Assembly (NCBI GenBank): GCA_963771175.1 | Contig: CAVYSY010000036.1 | Span: forward strand, 32,001 to 96,000 | Direction: 5' to 3' | Length of the DNA stretch: 64,000 nucleotides | Origin: an uncultured delta proteobacterium | Lineage (GTDB): Bacteria; Myxococcota; Myxococcia; Myxococcales; Myxococcaceae | Part shown: one piece after another, positions 1 to 10,312 of the stretch | Layout of the letters: the number at the start of each line of letters is the position of its first letter | Position numbering within the stretch: position 1 is the first letter of the stretch | Position numbers and translations under genes: made by a program | Notes under the pieces: generated by a model | What the model saw: only the letters and a program-made list of their open reading frames with translations | Databases searched by the model: none | What the model was told of the DNA's origin: nothing

Positions 1-764
1 CAGGGAAAGACCCCGATGGTCAGCAGGGAGCCCGACATCACGTGGAAGCCCACGAGCGCCGCATAGGCATACGGCCGCACCGGGCGCAGCAGCAGCAACG
101 GCGGGCAGCACAGCACCACGGCGGCACCGCCCCAGCTACTCAGCGCCGCCAGGACATCCAGGGGAACCAGGGCCGCCAGGGCCCGCGCGCCGGCACTCGT
201 CTCCAGCCACAGGCGCATCGGCTGGTTCCGCACGAGCCAATCCGGCTGCAACTTCGCGAGCCCCGAGAACAGGTACACCCCCAGCAACTGGGTCCGCAGC
301 GTGTACAGCGTCCAGGCCGGGACGGTGTCGCGAGCGAGCTCCGGGCGCCTGCGCGCATCGAGCGATGCCACGCCGGAGAGCGGCATGAGCGCCAGCAGGC
401 CGCACAGCATGCACACCAGGTAGTAGTGGTTGAGGTAGTGCGTACGGTCGAGGAGCTGCACGTAGGCGAAGAGCCCCCCGAAGAGCGCCGCACACGTGCG
501 CGGCCACGCGCCCACCATCAGCCCGAAGGCGAGCACGCCCAGCAACAGGAAGAGCGCGTACATGCCCGCGGGAGGGAGAGGCCGAAGCCACTCGAACCCG
601 TGGAACGGAAAGTACACGCGCGGAGCGACGTAGTAGGCGCCAATCCATCCGTGGAGGAAGTAGCGCGCGATGGCCACCACGAGCACCGCGCCCAAGGCCC
701 AACGGAACACGGCCAGGAAGGCCGCGTCCACCGGCTCGCGCAACCGTCGGCCCAGGGAGCTCAC
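1..764 (-). CDS. HTTM-domain / vitamin K-dependent gamma-carboxylase-like membrane protein (runs off window edge)
   Basis: Manual translation from GTG 764: MSSLGRRLREPVDAAFLAVFRWALG...FPFHGFEWLRPLP...LLDRTHYLNHYYL; the 'FR..G', 'F.WL.PLP' and 'Y.NHYYL' motifs are typical of the HTTM family. Not in the ORF track because there is no stop inside the window. Confidence 0.8.
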   Translation of the reverse strand, partial: MSSLGRRLREPVDAAFLAVFRWALGAVLVVAIARYFLHGWIGAYYVAPRVYFPFHGFEWLRPLPPAGMYALFLLLGVLAFGLMVGAWPRTCAALFGGLFAYVQLLDRTHYLNHYYLVCMLCGLLALMPLSGVASLDARRRPELARDTVPAWTLYTLRTQLLGVYLFSGLAKLQPDWLVRNQPMRLWLETSAGARALAALVPLDVLAALSSWGGAAVVLCCPPLLLLRPVRPYAYAALVGFHVMSGSLLTIGVFP

Positions 765-787
765 GCGCGCATCATCCCTTCACGCGC

Positions 788-1431
788 TCAATCGAAGTCC
801 GAGCTACCGCCGCCGGACGAGGGCGGCGGCTCTCCAACGTCCAGGCTGTCCTCGTGGTACGCGTTGAAGCGGATGGTCACCTTGGAACCATCGGCGAACT
901 CCATCGTCACCGTGCCGTCGATGCTCGTGTCGAGCTTCAGGATGGCCTCGAGGACGCCCGCCACGAGCTTGGGGTGCACCTCCGAGAGCACTTCCCACTC
1001 CCGTACCGAGGTGTCGCTGCTCCCGTGCTGGGCGTGCAGCCGGCCGTCCCCGCATCCGAGGTTCCACCATCCGAGGTCCCCGCGTCCGGGACTCCGCCAT
1101 CGCTCGTCCCCGGAGGACAGGTGGACGAGCTCCCCTCCACTGGCAGCGAATGGGGCTCCGAGAACAGGGCGTTGACCCGCCCCATCGTGCCTCGCAGCTT
1201 GAGCTTGCCCTTCGCGCAGCTCAGGTTGAGCACGGTCAGCGACTCGCCGGTCCCTGGCGGGTACACCGTGTGATGCTCGCTCTCGGGGTCGAGCTCCCCG
1301 GAGACATCCACGCCTCCAACCGTTCCCTCGCACGTACCGGTCGAGGTGGTCGCGGTGAGACACGAGCACCGTGCGGTCGTGACGAGCAGGAGGAGACATA
1401 GGGGCAAGAGGTGGCGCGCCTGAAATTTCAT
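788..1431 (-). CDS. Secreted/lipoprotein-like hypothetical protein with DAG/DGG linker (frameshift near 1020)
   Basis: MKFQARHLLPLCLLLLVTTARCSC signal peptide in ORF 937..1500; linker GTSDGGVPDAGTSDGGTSDAG; plausible C-terminus (SVREWEVLSEVHPKLVAG...SSDFD) in ORF 788..1399. Confidence 0.6.
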
Positions 1432-1500
1432 GGCGAGGGATGATACCAGCGTTCCCCTGAATCCCCCCATGGACTTGTCCCCGCCGGGGGGAGTGGGCAT

Positions 1501-2670
1501 GTGTCTTTCATGGCGACATCAGCGACTGCTTCATGCCCTGAAAAGATGTCGCTCTCCGAGTTCTCCGGAGCCCGGAAGTGGAAGAGCCGCATGTCCGCCA
1601 CCCAGCTCCTCTGGGGCAAGCTGGAGGGCGATGCGGCCCAGATCGCGATGAGCGCCAACCGCCCCGACCTGACGGAGCAGGATCGCTTCATCCTCGACCA
1701 GTGCTGTCAGAAGCTGAAGTTGGCCAGGGACTGCATCGACCGGACGGTCAAGCGGCCCTTCTCCTTCTGGGAGTTCATCCACGACGTCGACGCGCTGCTG
1801 TTGCTCGTCCTGCCCGTGCCGCTCCTGGCCACCCGGTCGCTGGAGGTGCAGCAACGCTTCGAGCAGAAGGTCACCAACCCCGTCCTGCGCGAGCTCTGGC
1901 TGGGGACGGAGCAGACCCCGGGTCCCTTGCGCGAGGCGGTCCAACTCCTCCAGCTCCAGTTGAAGCCCACGGAAGACCCCGGCGACCCCCAGGAGCTCAC
2001 GAGCGAGCGCCTCTCTCGCTGCAGGTACGTCCTCCAGAGCGCGCTGAGCCTCGTGGACGAGCAGCTCGACAAGAGCTTCTGGCAGCTGTCCCTCAACGTC
2101 TCCATCCAGGTCCTGAGCGCCGTGCTACTGCTGGCGCTCTTCTGCCTGACGTTGCTCGCCTTCGACCACACGCTGATCTCCGACAACCTGAAGAAGAAAC
2201 AGCCCGACGCTCTCGTCTTCTTCGCCCTGTGCGGGATGGGAGGCGCCGTCCTCTCCAACATGCTCTCGAAGGAGCGCTTCGTCGTCGCGACGGGGGCGAC
2301 GCTCCGGTACTACGTCTATTACCTCTTCGTGAAGCCGCTGATCGGCGGCTTCGCGGCCCTGTTCCTCATCCTCCTGGAACAGTCCGGGCTGCTGTTGGCG
2401 GTGGTGGTCAGCCAGGGCACCACCGCCCCCAACCCCTCCCAGTCCCTCGTCCAGATCGTCGTGAGCTCCGAATCGGCCGCCTTCTTCGCCCGCGCGGTGC
2501 TGTCGGTGGCGGTCGGCTTCTCCGCGGACCGGATGCTGAGCTCCATGATGGACAGCGTGCTCGGAAGACTCCTCCGGGAGTCCGAGAAGGGCACGCCCTC
2601 CACCGCCGCTTCCCCAGGGGACCTGCCGCGCTCCCCGCGGGCTCCCAACTCGGAGCAGGCGTCGCCCTGA
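1501..2670 (+). CDS. Hypothetical membrane protein: soluble helical N-terminus plus about 4 TM helices
   Basis: 389-aa ORF with GC3-biased codons; hydrophobic segments IQVLSAVLLLALFCLTLLAF, LVFFALCGMGGAVLS, KPLIGGFAALFLILL, AVLSVAVGFSADR. Start could be 1510 or 1546. Confidence 0.8.
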   Translation: MSFMATSATASCPEKMSLSEFSGARKWKSRMSATQLLWGKLEGDAAQIAMSANRPDLTEQDRFILDQCCQKLKLARDCIDRTVKRPFSFWEFIHDVDALLLLVLPVPLLATRSLEVQQRFEQKVTNPVLRELWLGTEQTPGPLREAVQLLQLQLKPTEDPGDPQELTSERLSRCRYVLQSALSLVDEQLDKSFWQLSLNVSIQVLSAVLLLALFCLTLLAFDHTLISDNLKKKQPDALVFFALCGMGGAVLSNMLSKERFVVATGATLRYYVYYLFVKPLIGGFAALFLILLEQSGLLLAVVVSQGTTAPNPSQSLVQIVVSSESAAFFARAVLSVAVGFSADRMLSSMMDSVLGRLLRESEKGTPSTAASPGDLPRSPRAPNSEQASP

Positions 2671-5428
2671 GTCCCGTGGACGGTTTCATCAGGTAGGCCG
2701 CCAGCTCCTCCAGCAACTCCTCCGTCATGCCCAGGGCAGTGGGCCTCCAGGGCGCGGTGAAGCGCGCGTCCATGCTCGTCTGGCGGATGGTGGCCAGCCA
2801 CTCGTGCACCACCCGCTCCGGGTAGCCCGCGCTCATCGCCGCATCGTGCAGCAGCGAGTACTCCCGCAGCAGGAAGGTGCTGAAGGTGATGGGATCGTCC
2901 GCCCCCACCGCGATCGGCACCGGCGGAGGCGCTCCCTCCTGGGCCTGGGGTGGAAACAGCCGCAGGATGGGGTGGTTGCGCAGGTCCAACAGGTTGCCGA
3001 TGAGCAGGTTGCTGGAGGGATTCACCTCCACGACGATGCCTCGGGCCGCCACGCACCGGCGCACCCCATCCTGCACGGCCCGGAGCGCCGCCACCTCCGA
3101 GCCATCCAGCGCGATGTCCACCAGTGTCTGCCCCCGCTGGTAGACGCCCTCGCTCTCGCGGTACTGGGACAGGATCCTCCAGACGTCCCGGTGGCTCTGC
3201 ACCTGGAGCCAGTCCACCCGCTGGAACGCCCGCGAGAAGGCATCCAGCCCCACCTCGGCGCCCTCCCGCGCCAGGGGCGGACACCACAGGTTGTGCAGCA
3301 CGTGGTGGGCCTCGGCCAGCACGAGTGGCTGGAAGTCCCTGCCGAAGACGAGCTCGGACAGCTCGCGGATGGCGTTCTGCACCTGCTGCGGCCTCCCGGG
3401 CGGAGCCACCACCCACAGCTCCGGGGGCAGCCGGAAGCGACTGTACAGCCGCCACTCGAAGACCAGGTCCCACAGACGATCCTCGGCCGGCATCATCACC
3501 GCGCCCACCGACTCGGCCCACATCCGGGGCTCCTCGCCCAGCGCGATGGCGTGCCCCAGCCGTCCCCCGGTGCGATCCAACTGGTAGTGGACGCACTCGT
3601 AGATGCGGCGCAGCCCCTCCATGAGGTGGCGGAAGTCCTCGCCCACGTGGGCCGTCATCCGCAACGGCGGAGGACTCCGGGCCGAGCTCACCGCCGCGGC
3701 GCGGGCCGCCTCCCTCCGCACGAAGCGGTACAGCGGCACCAGCACCCAGTTCGGCACGCCCAGCTCGTCCGAGGCCACGTCCAGCCCGCGCACCAGCCAC
3801 AGCGCCAGGGGCACGGCCCGCAGCAGATCCACCAGGGCCTGGACCTTGACGGACTGCGTGGCGTGGTAGTCCGCGAAGCGACCTCCCAGCCGCAGCTCGC
3901 CCCGAGGCCGTGGCTCGGCGTAGGTGCCCCCGACCAAAGGCCGGTGGGGAGCCCGCGAGCCAGCGGAACCTCGGATCCCGATTCTTGGTGAGGTGCAGCA
4001 CCACGCCGAACTCGGGCGCCTGCCCCCCGATGCTGCCCGTCTGTCGCAGCACGTGCCGCCAGGAGCGTGTCATCCGCCACAGCTCCTCGGCCAGCTTCAT
4101 GGGATCCGCCGCGGGGCTGGTCCGAACTTCCAGCGAGGCAATGGGCTGGCTTCCTCCCGCCACGTAGTAGGACACCTCGGCGCGAGCGGCGCGCAGCGGG
4201 CCGCGGAGCGCGCGCAGGCGCTCGTAGAAGCGGAGGAACCACTGCAGGCCGGCCGTCATCGGCCGCTGCACGATAGGTGCGGTAACACAGGCAGCGGATC
4301 CGCAGCGCCTGCCAGAAGACGCGGCAGAAGGACTCGTCCGGCGCCTGGAGCCGCTCCTGGAGATCCATCCGGGACAGGGCGTTGCGCACCAGCCAGCGCT
4401 CCCCGGCGTTGGGCTTGTTCAGCCGGAGGCGGAGGGCGAGGGGATCGCACCGCCTCCACACCTCGTCGAGCGTCTCGGGAGGCTCCGAGGCGTTGCGGCA
4501 GGCCAGGGGGTGGAGCTCCGCGTAGAGGTCTCGCAGCTCGTCGAACTCCGGCAGCAGCTCCTCCTGGCCCCATGCCAGCGCGCGCAAGGTCCGCTCCAGC
4601 ACCCGCCACCGCTGGGGCATCCAGGAGGGCGAGCGCCTCAACTCCCAGACGAAGTCCCACAGTGACCCCTCGCCGCCGCGCAGGAGGAACTCGGCGAGCA
4701 CGCAGCGCGCCACCGCGGCGGCCAGCAACCAATCCAGCAACGAGCCCTCTTCTCCGAAAGGCAGGCCCGGTCCCCGCATGGCGTCCCGCTCCAGGCCCGG
4801 TTCGCCCAGGGCCGACAGCAGCGAGGCCCACATGAGGGGGAAGTCCATCCCCGCGCCGATGTGGTGGTGGATCTCCGTCACTCCCCGGTCCAGCAGGTGC
4901 CGCACCAGCAGGGGCGGCTCGATGTTCACCCGCGTGGCCGGAGGCGACACCGCCAGCGCGGACAGCAGCAGATCCTCCGGCAGCGCGAAGGTGAGCCAGC
5001 GGTAGTGCGGAGATGGCCTCCACCGTCTCGGCTTTCGTGCTCTGGATGACTTCGGTGACGCCGGGGCGGAGCTCCAGATGCGCCTCGGCCAGGTGCCGCA
5101 GGTATTGGCTCAGGCTCACCCCCCGCCCCGTGTTCCCGGCCCCGAGGCCACCGGGATGAATGAACCAGAAGAAGTCGCGCACCGCGATGAGCCGGTCGAG
5201 CGACCAGCCGCTGGCGTGCTCCGACAGGCTCTTCTCGCACTCGCGCCACAGCTCCCGGGTGGGCTGGCCGGCTCTGCCCGCCAGCCCGGGCTCCAACACC
5301 ATCACCGAGCGCCGGAAGGCATCCAGATGGGTGAGCGGGTAGCTGGCCACCTCGGCCCGGACGTAGGCCTCGGGAACGCGCCGCGGCGTCAGGACGCCCA
5401 TGGCCTGGCCCGAGCCCTCCTCGCTCAT
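2408..5428 (-). CDS. rdrB: RADAR-type adenosine deaminase (RdrB-like), split by at least 3 frameshifts; true 3' end uncertain
   Basis: Stitched from ORFs 4256..5428, 3688..4950, 2319..4271 and 2408..3937. Amidohydrolase/ADA motifs TEIHHHIGAG, HVGEDFRHLMEGLRRI, RLGHAIALG, VEVNPSSN and GADDP; about 900+ aa; ATGA overlap with the upstream ATPase stop. Confidence 0.75.
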
Positions 5429-8082
5429 GGATGTCGCTCCTCCGGGTTCAGACCCTGGAGCACCTCCAGCTCACGATTCTGGTAGTCCTCATCCACGGCC
5501 AGGAACCAGGCCTGGGTCACCCGAGCGAGCCATTGCTGGGAAACCGGCGCCACCCCGTGCCCGTCGGCACCGTGGGCCTCGCGGAGGTGCGCGTAGCCGC
5601 TGGAGCGCAGCACCACGGCACGCACCCAGCGCTGCCGGTTGCGCTTCAGCCGGTGCACGTGGAGCTTCCAGTGATTCATCAGCTCGTCCCAGTCCGACCT
5701 GTCCTGATCGTCCCCCTTCGGCCAGTTCAACAGATGGGAGAGCCGGGGGGCTGGCGAGAACTCCGGCAGCGCGAGCAGGGGCAGGGACTGCTCCAACCAG
5801 ACACGCGCCATCCACAGCCTGTCATAACCCCGGCTCTTCTCCCGGATGGAGCCCAGCAATCTGTTGATGGCGGTCCGCACCGTCCGCTCGTAGTCCTCCA
5901 GCTCGCTCTCGTCCCCCCTCTTGGGCCGGGCCCCCGCCACGGGGCTGTCCGAGGGAGTCTTGGCGCTCTCGCCGCGGCTCAGCGCCGCGAGCACCGAAGA
6001 GATCCCCGACGACAAGTTCCAATGGCCACGCTTGAGCCCGGCCACCGAGCAGACGTTGTCGACCCAGGCAGCCAGGAGGAATCGGAAGAGGAGCTCGACG
6101 CGCTCCGGCTCGGGGTGGAACGTGAAGAGGGCTCTCGACTCGTGGAGGAAGGCCCTCCACTGCACGGTGAAGAGGGCGAAGTCGATGAAGGTGTCCCAGG
6201 TGGGCAGACTCCACAGGAATTCGAGCTGGACGAAGGGCTCGACCTCGGAGCGCTCCACGAACAGCTCGTGCAGCGTCACCACGATCTCCGGGCTCATCTC
6301 GAAGGGAGTCACCTCCACGTTGAGCACCCGGGGCTCCTGGAAGAGCATCAGCAGATCATGCAGCAGCATGAACCAGCCGGCGACGCTGCCTGGCATGGTC
6401 ACGCGGTTGCCCGGCGTGTCGAGGTCGTTCTGCACCAGGATGACGTCGTGGAAGCGCCGCAGGTGCAGCTCGCTGGTGAGGACGCCGTGGCCGTCCGGAT
6501 GGGACTTCCAGCGCGGCCACTCCATCACATCCGACAGGGAGGTGCGCTTGGCGCGGCTCACCGGCTTGCCGGTCAGGTCCAGGATGATCCGGCCCTGGGG
6601 ATCCTGCCGGATGATGCGGTTGTGGAGCTGCTGGCTCGCCCAGGCGGGCAGCTCGCTCTCGTCGATGGCGTTGCGCAGCATCTCGGTGGCGACCCGGACG
6701 GCCTTCTCCCCATCATCCACCTCGGGGCTCTTCCACTCGCGATAGGCGGCATGCCAGAGATCCTGCAGGGTGCGCGCGGGCAGGGTGAGGGCCTGCCGGG
6801 CTGCATCGGTGAGGAGGGGGAGAGGCGCTTCGGCGGCCTTGGACCGGTGGAGTGCCTTGCAGGCCCTCTTCACGGACGGGGAGAGCCGGGGGCTGAGCTC
6901 GAAGAGGTCAGAGAAACACTCCAGCTTGTGCCCCCGGGCCTCCGAGCGCGGCAACCGGAGCTTCTCGAGGAGTTGGTGCAGGAGCAGATCCTCCGTGGAG
7001 GCGCCGTGCTTCCGCTCACCGAGCTGGTAGGGATACGTCCAGGCCAGCTCCGGCGAAACCGCTCCGATGTTGAGGCGGTAGTTGGGAGGCAGCGTGCGGC
7101 GCAGGGTGGTGGCGGCCTGGCGGCGCGCGATGGCGAGCGTCTCGTCGCGGCTGGGTCCGATGAAGGGCTGGCCGGAGCCCATCAACTCCTTCTGGAAGGA
7201 GCGCTCCATGAAGAGCTGGAACTCCTGGTGGCCGGCGGCGAGGACGAACCAGATCCGGCGGCTGGTGACCATACGGGTCAGCTTCACGATGTTGTAGAGG
7301 TGGTCGATGCTGCGATCGACGTTGTCGATGGGCAGCACGAGGAGCACCTGCCCCCGATCGGAAGAGCCGAATTTGGGGATGGCCAGCGTCCGGGCGACCT
7401 GCTCCATGGCCTCGCCAAAGCGGCTCTGGAAGTTGGAGTAGATCTCCGAGGCCTTGATCTGCTGCTCGGCGCGCACGCGGGCGTCGGTGGCGGAGGGAAA
7501 GTCCTCCCACATGAAGGACGCATCCCGGATGAGCTGATCCAGCTTTCCCCAGGTGTCCTCGGCGCTCTCCTCGAGAAGGGAGGAGGGAGCCCAGGAGCCG
7601 TGCCGGCGAGTGGGGCCGGCGTACCGGGTCCCGTCGATGGCAGCGCGCACTCGGACCAGGAGGGTGGCCAGCAGGTTGGCCCTCGCGGGGAGGGGCTCCA
7701 GATCGAGAGGCTCCAGCCAGGCGACGCGGCTGGAGAGATACTTGAGCATCTCGGACAGGTCCCTGTGGAGTTTGTCGACCTCCCTCGGAGGCTGATCGCC
7801 CTCCCAGCCGAGGAAGTGAATCCAGTCCCGGAGGGCCAGGGCCGCGCTGAGCAGGACGGTCGTCTTGCCGGAGCCCCGAGCGCCGGAGATGAGGAGGCTG
7901 GTGGAGAGGTGCTCGTCCCTGAACGTACGGTCGCTCGTATCGCAAGCGGCCGTCAGCCATGTGAACAGCTCCCGCAGGGCGCTCTGGGTGGGTATCAGGA
8001 GGTCGTCCCACCGGAAGGCCTGGGACTCGGGGATGGGGGTAGGAATGAAGAGAGAGGTGGTGCCCACCATGTTCGAGTCCAT
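5425..8082 (-). CDS. rdrA: RADAR-type large P-loop ATPase (RdrA-like)
   Basis: Walker A ISGARGSGKTT, Walker B LVLPIDNVD, about 885 aa, directly upstream of and coupled to the deaminase. Start taken at MDSNMVG with GAGGAG RBS. Confidence 0.75.
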   Translation of the reverse strand: MDSNMVGTTSLFIPTPIPESQAFRWDDLLIPTQSALRELFTWLTAACDTSDRTFRDEHLSTSLLISGARGSGKTTVLLSAALALRDWIHFLGWEGDQPPREVDKLHRDLSEMLKYLSSRVAWLEPLDLEPLPARANLLATLLVRVRAAIDGTRYAGPTRRHGSWAPSSLLEESAEDTWGKLDQLIRDASFMWEDFPSATDARVRAEQQIKASEIYSNFQSRFGEAMEQVARTLAIPKFGSSDRGQVLLVLPIDNVDRSIDHLYNIVKLTRMVTSRRIWFVLAAGHQEFQLFMERSFQKELMGSGQPFIGPSRDETLAIARRQAATTLRRTLPPNYRLNIGAVSPELAWTYPYQLGERKHGASTEDLLLHQLLEKLRLPRSEARGHKLECFSDLFELSPRLSPSVKRACKALHRSKAAEAPLPLLTDAARQALTLPARTLQDLWHAAYREWKSPEVDDGEKAVRVATEMLRNAIDESELPAWASQQLHNRIIRQDPQGRIILDLTGKPVSRAKRTSLSDVMEWPRWKSHPDGHGVLTSELHLRRFHDVILVQNDLDTPGNRVTMPGSVAGWFMLLHDLLMLFQEPRVLNVEVTPFEMSPEIVVTLHELFVERSEVEPFVQLEFLWSLPTWDTFIDFALFTVQWRAFLHESRALFTFHPEPERVELLFRFLLAAWVDNVCSVAGLKRGHWNLSSGISSVLAALSRGESAKTPSDSPVAGARPKRGDESELEDYERTVRTAINRLLGSIREKSRGYDRLWMARVWLEQSLPLLALPEFSPAPRLSHLLNWPKGDDQDRSDWDELMNHWKLHVHRLKRNRQRWVRAVVLRSSGYAHLREAHGADGHGVAPVSQQWLARVTQAWFLAVDEDYQNRELEVLQGLNPEERHP

Positions 8083-8254
8083 GCCCGGCTCCTCTTTCCT
8101 GGACGCAAGTCCCCAGGAAGAACATGGAGAGCCGGAACGCCTCGCGAACCGGACGAGGAGACAGTCGGGCTGTTGGATGACCGGGGAGCTCACCCCACCG
8201 TGCGCACGAGCCGGGGCTGGAGGCCGTCCAGGAGGGCCTCCGCGGGCAAATCAC

Positions 8255-9268
8255 TCACTCCACCCGGATGACGACCTTGCCGAAGTGCGCTCCGCTCTTG
8301 AGGTGCTCGAAGGCGGCGCGGGCCTCGGTGAAGGGGAAGACACGGTCCACCACCGGGCGGACGCCGTGCAGGGTCAGCGCGCGGTTGAGTGCCTCGAAGG
8401 ACTGGCGATGGCCCACGAAGATGCCCTGCACGCGCAAGTTCCCCATGAGGATGGGCGTGACGGGCACCGCCCCCGCCCCACCGCTGAGCACGCCGATGAT
8501 GGATACCGTCCCCCCGAGTCGCACGGAACGCAGGGACTTCTCCAGGGTGCCGGAGCCGCCCACCTCCACCACGTGGTCCACACCGGTGCCGCCGGTGAGA
8601 GCACGCGCCGCCTTGTCCCAGTCCGGGGTCGTCACGTAGTTGATGCCCTCGTGGGCGCCCAGCGCACGGGCGCGCTCCAGCTTGTCGTCACGGCTGGAGG
8701 TGAGGATGACACGCGCGCCCATCATCCGGGCGATCTGCAGCGCGAAGATGGAGACGCCCCCGGTCCCCTGCACCAGCACGGTGTCGCCCGCCTTGAGCGC
8801 CCCATGGGTGACGAGCGCGCTCCACGCCGTAACGGCCGCGCACGGCAGCGTGGCGGCCTCCTCGTCCGACAGGTGCGGGGGCGTGGGCACCACGCCGTCC
8901 TCGTGAAGGAGCATCGTGTCGCCGAGCGCGCCATCCAGGGGCCCGCCCAGCGTGGTGGCCTGCGTGGCGCGCGTGGGCTCTCCCGCGAGCCACGCCTGCG
9001 CGAAGAGGCTCATCACCCGGTCCCCAGGCTTGACGCGGGTGACGCCCGGCCCCACCGCATCCACCACGCCCGCTCCGTCCGAGTTGGGGACGAGGGGCAG
9101 TTTCTGCCGCGGGTTGTAGCGCCCCTCCACCATCATCAGGTCGCGGTAGTTGAGGCTCGTGGCCTTCACCCGCACCCGCACCTGGAAGGGGCCGGGCTGG
9201 GGGTCCGGCCGCTCACAGGGCACCAGCTTGTCCAGCCCGAATCCGTCGCGAATCTCGTAGACTTTCAT
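8255..9268 (-). CDS. MDR-family NAD(P)-dependent alcohol dehydrogenase/quinone reductase
   Basis: MKVYEIRDG...SLNYRD...SDGAG...LPCAAVTAW...VLVQGTGGVS...HFGKVVI. Confidence 0.92.
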   Translation of the reverse strand: MKVYEIRDGFGLDKLVPCERPDPQPGPFQVRVRVKATSLNYRDLMMVEGRYNPRQKLPLVPNSDGAGVVDAVGPGVTRVKPGDRVMSLFAQAWLAGEPTRATQATTLGGPLDGALGDTMLLHEDGVVPTPPHLSDEEAATLPCAAVTAWSALVTHGALKAGDTVLVQGTGGVSIFALQIARMMGARVILTSSRDDKLERARALGAHEGINYVTTPDWDKAARALTGGTGVDHVVEVGGSGTLEKSLRSVRLGGTVSIIGVLSGGAGAVPVTPILMGNLRVQGIFVGHRQSFEALNRALTLHGVRPVVDRVFPFTEARAAFEHLKSGAHFGKVVIRVE

Positions 9269-9400
9269 GACCCTGACTTCTAGCGCGCCGCACACCGAGT
9301 GGGGAGTCGCACTTCTCCCGCGAGGCACCCGCGCTTCGAATCCGGGCCTCGGTCCGAAATGATTCGCGTAACGTGGAAACCTCTGTCCACGGAGGTTTCC

Positions 9401-10222
9401 ATGTCTGTGTCCAACCGTCTGTTCGAGAAGAGGCGCCCGGTACATTCCCTGCTCGCGGTGCTCGTGGTCCTGGGGGCCGCGGTCGCGCATGCCGATGGCA
9501 TGAGCCTGGCCGAGGCCTACAAGGTCATCTCCACCCGCCGGTTCGTCGACCTCACCCACAGCTTCAGCCCCAGCACTCCAGTGTGGCAGGGCTTCGGTCA
9601 GGCCAGCTTCACCACCGCGTCGGACCCGAAGACCTACCGGCCCTACAACCTGGCGCAGGATGGTTTCCGGACGACCTACTATTCCATGGTGGGCCAGTAC
9701 GGCACCCACGTGGATCCGCCCGCGCACTTCCACGAGAACGCTCTCACCATGGACCGGATCCCGCTCCGGGAGATGATCCTGCCGCTGGTGGTCTTCGACA
9801 TCACCCCGATGCTCGGCAAGGACCCCAATTACGCGATCACCGTGCAGGACATCCTGGCCTGGGAGAAGAAGCACGGCCGCGTGCCGGCGGGGGCCTTCGC
9901 CGCGCTGCGGACGGACATGTACAAGGACTGGAACAACCACGAGCGCTTCAAGCGCTACCCGTTCCCCGCCTGGTCCCTGGCGGCCGTCCAGTTCCTCTTC
10001 CAGCAGCGAAACATCACCGCCATCGGCCATGAGTCGCTCGACACCGACATCACGACGACGATGGACTCGGAGACGTGGGTGCTGGGCCAGGGTCACTATC
10101 AGATCGAGGTCATGGCCCACCTGGACGAGGTGCCGCCCACCGGCGCCCTCATCGTGGTGACGTGGCCCAAGGTGGAGAACGGACTCGGGTTCCCGGCTCG
10201 CGCCTTCGCCATCCTCCCGTGA
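9401..10222 (+). CDS. Cyclase (kynurenine formamidase-like) family metal hydrolase, secreted
   Basis: FVDLTH, GQYGTHVDPPAHF, IGHESLDTD and GFPARAFAI motifs; signal-like N-terminus. Confidence 0.88.
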   Translation: MSVSNRLFEKRRPVHSLLAVLVVLGAAVAHADGMSLAEAYKVISTRRFVDLTHSFSPSTPVWQGFGQASFTTASDPKTYRPYNLAQDGFRTTYYSMVGQYGTHVDPPAHFHENALTMDRIPLREMILPLVVFDITPMLGKDPNYAITVQDILAWEKKHGRVPAGAFAALRTDMYKDWNNHERFKRYPFPAWSLAAVQFLFQQRNITAIGHESLDTDITTTMDSETWVLGQGHYQIEVMAHLDEVPPTGALIVVTWPKVENGLGFPARAFAILP

Positions 10223-10312
10223 GGCCGTGCGCGGTCCCCCACGGCCCGCACGCCGTTTCCCCATGAGAAGCGAGCGGGAGACCCCTGGACGCACAGGGGT
10301 CTCCTGGACTCA

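Noticed and set aside
5431..8271. Very long antisense or alternate-frame ORFs (e.g. 5431..8271 +, 57805..60207 +, 60478..63510 -, 60498..63440 +, 42..1175 +)
   Set aside because: Shadow ORFs expected in very GC-rich DNA; they overlap motif-bearing genes and have no recognisable domains.
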